Shown here: one piece after another, positions 59,381-64,000 of the stretch
How the letters are laid out: every line of letters begins with the position of its first letter
Numbering within the stretch: position 1 is the stretch's first letter
From: Prevotella sp.
GTDB lineage: Bacteria; Bacteroidota; Bacteroidia; Bacteroidales; Dysgonomonadaceae
Direction: 5' to 3'
DNA length: 64,000 nucleotides
Assembly: GCA_031285625.1 (NCBI GenBank)
Contig: JAITVV010000084.1
Coordinates: 32,001-96,000 of the forward strand
Notes under the pieces: model-generated
What the model saw: only the letters and a program-made list of their open reading frames with translations
Database searches by the model: none
Told to the model about the DNA's origin: nothing
Program-made: the position numbers and the translations under genes

Positions 59381-60373
59381 TTATTTTAATGGATTTGCTT
59401 CTACTCCTTCTTTTGTCATAATTATAGGTTTAATGTGCCCATTTTCATCAAAAAACATTTCTTCAATACATGTTTCCCTATAGTTTCCATTTGTTTCAGT
59501 CAACGGACGACGATGGTAAATGATATACCATTTATCAGACTTAGGTTCATGTATAATAGAATGATGTCCTGCTCCATTAGCTATTTCAGTATCTTGCTGC
59601 AATATAGTCTCTATTCGCTCGAATGGGCCGAAAGGACTATCTGCAATAGCATATGCCACTTTATAATCGGGTCCGGTCCACCCACCTTCAGACCACATGA
59701 AGTAATATTTATCATTTTTGATAAACATAAATGGCCCTTCCACATAATCTTTCGGCGTCACTTCTTTATATATTGATCCATCTTCGAATGGTACCAATCC
59801 GGTAAAGTCATCGTTAAGTTTAGCTACATTACAATGTTTCCATCCCCCATAATAGATGTAATAACTTCCATCTTTATCTTTGAATACAAACTGATCAATA
59901 GGCTGTGCTCCATTGTAGAATTTATCAATTAACGGCTTCCCTAGATAATCCTTAAATGGCCCTTCAGGTTTATCAGCTACAGCGATACCAATTCCACCAT
60001 ATTCCTCATCATTTTGTATGTCATTTCCCCCAAAGAAAAGGAAGTACTTACTATCCTTTTTCAGAATGGCTGGAGCCCACATCGCACGTTTTACCCATTT
60101 TACCGAAGCTGTATCAACTATCCGTTCATGTTTTGTCCAATTTACAAGATCCGTAGAAGAGAAGGCATCCATAAATACCTGCTGATCGTATGGTGCCGAA
60201 TATGTAGGATACACCCAATACTTATCATCAAAGATAATTCCTTCAGGATCGGCATACCATCCTTCAAATATGGGATTACCGGACATTTTTTTCTCTGTTG
60301 TGTTCGTTTGTTTAGGCGTACAAGCCTGTATCGCAAACAAGCATGCGAAGATCAATAGATAGTTGTTTCTCAT
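59381..60373 (-). CDS. GH43 glycoside hydrolase, lipoprotein
   Basis: Lipobox IQAC; YADPE, WAP, PIDQ, VEGP, GHHS five-bladed propeller motifs. Confidence 0.92.
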   Translation of the reverse strand: MRNNYLLIFACLFAIQACTPKQTNTTEKKMSGNPIFEGWYADPEGIIFDDKYWVYPTYSAPYDQQVFMDAFSSTDLVNWTKHERIVDTASVKWVKRAMWAPAILKKDSKYFLFFGGNDIQNDEEYGGIGIAVADKPEGPFKDYLGKPLIDKFYNGAQPIDQFVFKDKDGSYYIYYGGWKHCNVAKLNDDFTGLVPFEDGSIYKEVTPKDYVEGPFMFIKNDKYYFMWSEGGWTGPDYKVAYAIADSPFGPFERIETILQQDTEIANGAGHHSIIHEPKSDKWYIIYHRRPLTETNGNYRETCIEEMFFDENGHIKPIIMTKEGVEANPLK

Positions 60374-60447
60374 TTATTAATATTTTTTTATTACCAGAAG
60401 ATAAAAATACAATTTTTTTCATTTGATAATGTTCTGTTTTAGAATAT

Positions 60448-60478
60448 TTTGATATTTGTTGTTAAAAAGTTACCTTTG
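60448..60478 (+). promoter_or_regulatory. Sigma-A promoter of the polyprenyl synthase operon
   Basis: TTTG (60448-60451) - 19 nt - TACCTTTG (60471-60478). Confidence 0.75.
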
Positions 60479-60533
60479 TTGGGGTACAACACAAATTAGT
60501 TCTACCTTTATTATAGATAAACCCAAAGGAATT

Positions 60534-61511
60534 ATGAAACCTCTATATACTTTTGATGAAGTTCTGAATATAGTAAATACAGAAATAAGCAAGATACAAT
60601 ATACAAATAAGCCATACTCTCTTTTCGAACCCATAACATATATTCTTTCCCTAGGAGGCAAACGGATTCGCCCAGCTTTGTCCCTTATGTCTTATAATTT
60701 ATATAAAGAAGATGTAGAGCAAGTTATACCTGTTGCTTTAGGTATTGAGATATTCCACAACTTCACACTCCTTCATGACGACCTTATGGACAGGGCTGAT
60801 ATGCGTAGAGGAAATCCGACAGTACATATTAAATGGAACGATAATACAGCTGTATTGTCCGGCGATGCGATGTTAATAGAAGCATACAAAGAAATAGCAA
60901 AAATAGATTCAAAATATTTACAACCTGTATTAGACTTATTCTCGATCACCGCTACGGAAATTTGTTGTGGACAACAGTATGATATGGAGTTTGAACAACG
61001 TATGGATGTCACAATATCTGAATACCTGGAGATGATCCGTCTGAAAACAGCCGTATTACTAGCCTGTGCTCTTAAAGAGGGAGCGATAGTTGCTGGAGCT
61101 TCATCGGCTGATGCCCACAATTTATATGATTTTGGAATTAACGTCGGACTAGGCTTCCAACTTAAAGATGACTTGCTGGATGTCTACGGAAATAGTACAA
61201 ACTTTGGGAAAAGAATAGGTGGTGATATTCTTTGCAACAAGAAAACATTCCTGCTTATCAATGCATTGTCTGATGACACATCAAAACAAGAACTGATGAC
61301 GTGGATAAATAAGGAAGAATATGCTGAATCAGAAAAGATAAAGGCTGTGACAGCTATATATGACAAACTGGATTTGAAGCAAAAATCTGAGAACTTAATA
61401 CACGAATATTATAAAAAGGCAATAGCCTGTTTAGATAAGGTAACAGTGGACAACAATCGAAAAAAAGAACTTTATGATCTCGCCGAAAATTTGATGTCCC
61501 GGATTTCATAA
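60534..61511 (+). CDS. Polyprenyl diphosphate synthase
   Basis: GGKRIRP, HDDLMD..RRG, GQQYD, KTA, FQLKDD. Start at MKPLY. Confidence 0.93.
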   Translation: MKPLYTFDEVLNIVNTEISKIQYTNKPYSLFEPITYILSLGGKRIRPALSLMSYNLYKEDVEQVIPVALGIEIFHNFTLLHDDLMDRADMRRGNPTVHIKWNDNTAVLSGDAMLIEAYKEIAKIDSKYLQPVLDLFSITATEICCGQQYDMEFEQRMDVTISEYLEMIRLKTAVLLACALKEGAIVAGASSADAHNLYDFGINVGLGFQLKDDLLDVYGNSTNFGKRIGGDILCNKKTFLLINALSDDTSKQELMTWINKEEYAESEKIKAVTAIYDKLDLKQKSENLIHEYYKKAIACLDKVTVDNNRKKELYDLAENLMSRIS

Positions 61512-61531
61512 CACAAAACAAACACAAAATT

Positions 61532-62251
61532 ATGCCATACAGACGTTTACCGAATACTGATAATGCTCGGATACGGGCTTTGAAGACGGCAATTGAAAAA
61601 AGTAATACATTCTTTGGTCAAGACATAATTTCTCTTGATATTCAAAGCTTGAGAATCATGCTTCGTAACTTTGAAAATGCTCAAATACGATATAAAGATA
61701 GCCTGCAGTCACAAGCTTCAGCTAACCGTAAATTTCAGAAGCTTGTTAAAAATGCAAGGCTTTACATATCCCACTTTATTCAGGTTTTCAATTTTTGCGT
61801 TATACGTAATGAAATAAAGAAAGAAGCAAAGCAATTATATGGAATTGATCCAGATAATTTTACAGTTCCGGATTTAACAACAAATGATTCCCTCCTTTTT
61901 TGGGGAGATAACATCATAAAAGGAGAGCAAATGAGAACTTCACAAGGTGGAGCTCCAATATATAATCCTACCATAGCGCGGGTAAATGTAGCGTTCTCCT
62001 TATTTAAGGATGCCTACTTTGCTCAAAAAACATTTCAGAATACAACTGCCAGACAACTGGATAGTTTGAGCCAGCAAAGAGAAGATATTGATGCTACCTT
62101 AACTCTGCTATGGAATCAGATTGAAGGTGCATTTTCAGGCTTACCGACAAAAGAACGTCTTGACAGATGTAAAGAATATGGTGTTGTGTATTATCTGAGG
62201 AAGGAAGAGCGGGAAAAAGAGAAGATTGTAGAAAGAAATGAGAATTATTGA
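61532..62251 (+). CDS. Hypothetical protein (helical)
   Basis: 239-aa ORF co-oriented within the operon and overlapping the tatD start; no catalytic motif recognised. Confidence 0.8.
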   Translation: MPYRRLPNTDNARIRALKTAIEKSNTFFGQDIISLDIQSLRIMLRNFENAQIRYKDSLQSQASANRKFQKLVKNARLYISHFIQVFNFCVIRNEIKKEAKQLYGIDPDNFTVPDLTTNDSLLFWGDNIIKGEQMRTSQGGAPIYNPTIARVNVAFSLFKDAYFAQKTFQNTTARQLDSLSQQREDIDATLTLLWNQIEGAFSGLPTKERLDRCKEYGVVYYLRKEEREKEKIVERNENY

Positions 62252-63014
62252 TACCCATTCGCATATTTATTCAGAAGAATTTGATAATGATATTGAAGAT
62301 GTTATCAACAGGGCAAAAAAAAACGGTGTAGAAAAGATATTAATGCCCAATATTGATATCTCATCCATAGAACGGATACATCATCTTTCCCACAAATATG
62401 AAGGTTACTGTATTCCGATGATGGGTTTACATCCTACCAGTGTCGCAGATAATTGGGAGAGCGAACTAGCCACCATCAAACAGCTGCTTCCTTTAAAATC
62501 GTATATAGCAATCGGCGAAATAGGTATGGATTTATACTGGGACAAAACATTCGAAAAAGAGCAGAAATTTGTCTTTGAGGAACAATTACGTTGGAGCATC
62601 GAATACGATTTACCAGTGGCTATACATTCACGTGACGCTATCCCTCAATGTATCGATTGTATAAAGAATATTGGAGAAGAAGAACTAAAAGGTGTCTTCC
62701 ATAGTTTTGGTGGTACTGAGCAAGAACTAAATGAAATCTTATCTTTAATTAATTTCATGATAGGTATAAACGGTGTGGTAACTTTCAAAAACTCTACTTT
62801 ATCCACAGTATTGAAAAACACCGATTTATCACACATTATTATTGAAACAGATTCTCCATATCTGGCCCCTGTACCATATAGAGGAAAAAGAAATGAATCG
62901 TCATACACACTCAATGTGGTAGAAAAATTAGCAGAGATTTATAATATAAGTGCTGATAAGGTTGGAGAGATTACAACAGAAAATGCAGAAAAGCTATTCG
63001 CCTTGAAAAAATAA
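62238..63014 (+). CDS. tatD: TatD family hydrolase/DNase
   Basis: [34 protein letters not shown]. Confidence 0.92.
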   Translation: MRIIDTHSHIYSEEFDNDIEDVINRAKKNGVEKILMPNIDISSIERIHHLSHKYEGYCIPMMGLHPTSVADNWESELATIKQLLPLKSYIAIGEIGMDLYWDKTFEKEQKFVFEEQLRWSIEYDLPVAIHSRDAIPQCIDCIKNIGEEELKGVFHSFGGTEQELNEILSLINFMIGINGVVTFKNSTLSTVLKNTDLSHIIIETDSPYLAPVPYRGKRNESSYTLNVVEKLAEIYNISADKVGEITTENAEKLFALKK

Positions 63015-63041
63015 GTCCTATATTTGCACTCGCAAAACAAA

Positions 63042-63128
63042 GGAGAGGTGCTCGAGTGGTTGAAGAGGCATGCCTGGAAAGCATGTATACGGGTAACTGT
63101 ATCGAGGGTTCGAATCCCTTCTTCTCCG
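63042..63128 (+). tRNA. tRNA-Ser (anticodon GGA)
   Basis: Acceptor GGAGAGG/CTTCTCC; anticodon arm CATGC-CTGGAAA-GCATG; long variable arm; T arm GAGGGTTCGAATCCCTT; CCA not encoded; TATATTTG promoter at 63019-63026. Confidence 0.96.
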
Positions 63129-63141
63129 CAAAATATAAATG

Positions 63142-63168
63142 AAGGACTAAATATTTTAGTCCTTTTGT
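63142..63168 (+). terminator. Terminator after tRNA-Ser
   Basis: AAGGACTAAA-TAT-TTTAGTCCTT followed by a T-rich tail. Confidence 0.75.
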
Positions 63169-63183
63169 TTTTTGTATATGCAG

Positions 63184-63672
63184 ATGAAGAAAATATTATT
63201 TATATTATTACTTTTTATCTCTTGTAATCCCCCTGCTGAAAAAGATGAAGAGGTACTAAGGGGAAAAGTTGTAAGTGTAGCTGATGGTGACACGGTAACT
63301 ATACTTACAGATAATGATGAACAAATTCGTATCCGTCTCTATGGTATCGATGCTCCCGAAAAAGGACAGGATTTTTCAAATAAATCCAGACAATTCTTAA
63401 ATGATTTGTGCTATGGAAAAATAGTAAGTATAGAAAAAAAAGGGATTGACCAATATGAGCGCGTCCTTGGAATTGTTTATATTAATGAATTCAACTTAAA
63501 TAAGGAGATGGTGCGTAACGGCTTGGCATGGTACTACGACCATTATGTAAAGGATGCAGACTTGGAAGCTTTAGAACATACTGCGAGAAAACAAAAACTT
63601 AATATATGGAGTATGAAGAATCCCACTCCACCTTACGAGTTTAGGAGAAATCAAAGAATGGGGAAAAATTAA
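63184..63672 (+). CDS. Thermonuclease (SNase-like) lipoprotein
   Basis: Lipobox FISC; [28 protein letters not shown]. Confidence 0.92.
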   Translation: MKKILFILLLFISCNPPAEKDEEVLRGKVVSVADGDTVTILTDNDEQIRIRLYGIDAPEKGQDFSNKSRQFLNDLCYGKIVSIEKKGIDQYERVLGIVYINEFNLNKEMVRNGLAWYYDHYVKDADLEALEHTARKQKLNIWSMKNPTPPYEFRRNQRMGKN

Positions 63673-63702
63673 ATTAAAAGGTACTTATTAAAATCTAATA
63701 TT

Positions 63703-64000
63703 ATGACAAAATATATTGAACTGGACTTTGATCCCGACTCTGATCAGTTACACGATGTTCTTGATGAACTTTGTTTATGGTCGGCTCCTTTTGGACTAAA
63801 ATTGTTAGATAACTTACTCCTAAAAAAAGGAATATCTGTGTTAGATATTGGATTCTGCGATGGATTTCCATTAACAGAACTGGCACTCCGCTTAGGCCAA
63901 TCAAGCACAATCTATGGTATTGACCCTTGGGAAGCTGCAATTAGACGTACAAAGAAGAAAATCTCCATTTATAATATACAGAATGTAAAAATAATAAAGG
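63703..64000 (+). CDS. Class I SAM-dependent methyltransferase (partial, runs off the window; not in ORF track)
   Basis: Hand translation MTKYIELDFD...LWSAPFGLKLL...VLDIGFCDGFPLTELA...YGIDPW, giving SAM-binding motif I and the acidic second strand. Confidence 0.8.
   Translation, partial: MTKYIELDFDPDSDQLHDVLDELCLWSAPFGLKLLDNLLLKKGISVLDIGFCDGFPLTELALRLGQSSTIYGIDPWEAAIRRTKKKISIYNIQNVKIIK

Noticed and set aside
63024-63227. 67-aa ORF
   Set aside because: It overlaps tRNA-Ser and its terminator.
63701-63940. 79-aa minus-strand ORF
   Set aside because: It is antisense to the plus-strand methyltransferase, which has clear SAM-binding motifs.
63128-64000. Integrative element at the tRNA-Ser 3' end
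   Set aside because: No integrase or att duplication is visible and the native terminator follows directly; it cannot be excluded beyond the window edge.

Overview
AT-rich Bacteroidales chromosomal window. The SusC/SusD/SusR genes, TAnnTTTG -7 promoters and atpD-first ATP synthase operon point to this order; a Dysgonomonas-like organism is my inference, not a database result. In order it holds: tandem GH92 alpha-mannosidases; a SusD-less TonB-dependent transporter operon (GH3 - TBDT - EEP phosphoesterase - histidine phosphatase - GH3) divergent from an NrtR-type regulator with three clear GT-N7-AC operators; ahpCF; a GNAT; a glycerol locus (glpD-glpK-glpF-exported HAD phosphatase-OprO/P porin-glpABC, divergent DeoR/GlpR); a SusR-SusC-SusD locus whose only enzyme is a MINPP-like histidine acid phosphatase; an ABC pair; carboxyspermidine dehydrogenase; a membrane gene split by a stop codon; the F1Fo operon; an ankyrin/beta-propeller orphan; a P-type ATPase; pyrBI preceded by an unannotated leader peptide plus terminator; an S41 peptidase; galM; GH43; a polyprenyl synthase; tatD; tRNA-Ser(GGA); a thermonuclease; and a partial methyltransferase. 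I saw no mobile element, CRISPR array or rRNA. The most interesting signals are three adjacent envelope systems that each pair an outer-membrane transporter with exported phosphatases (phosphate-ester foraging, including a GlpT-independent glycerol-phosphate route), and a candidate ribosome-coupled attenuator upstream of pyrBI. All family calls come from motif recognition by eye; no searches were run.
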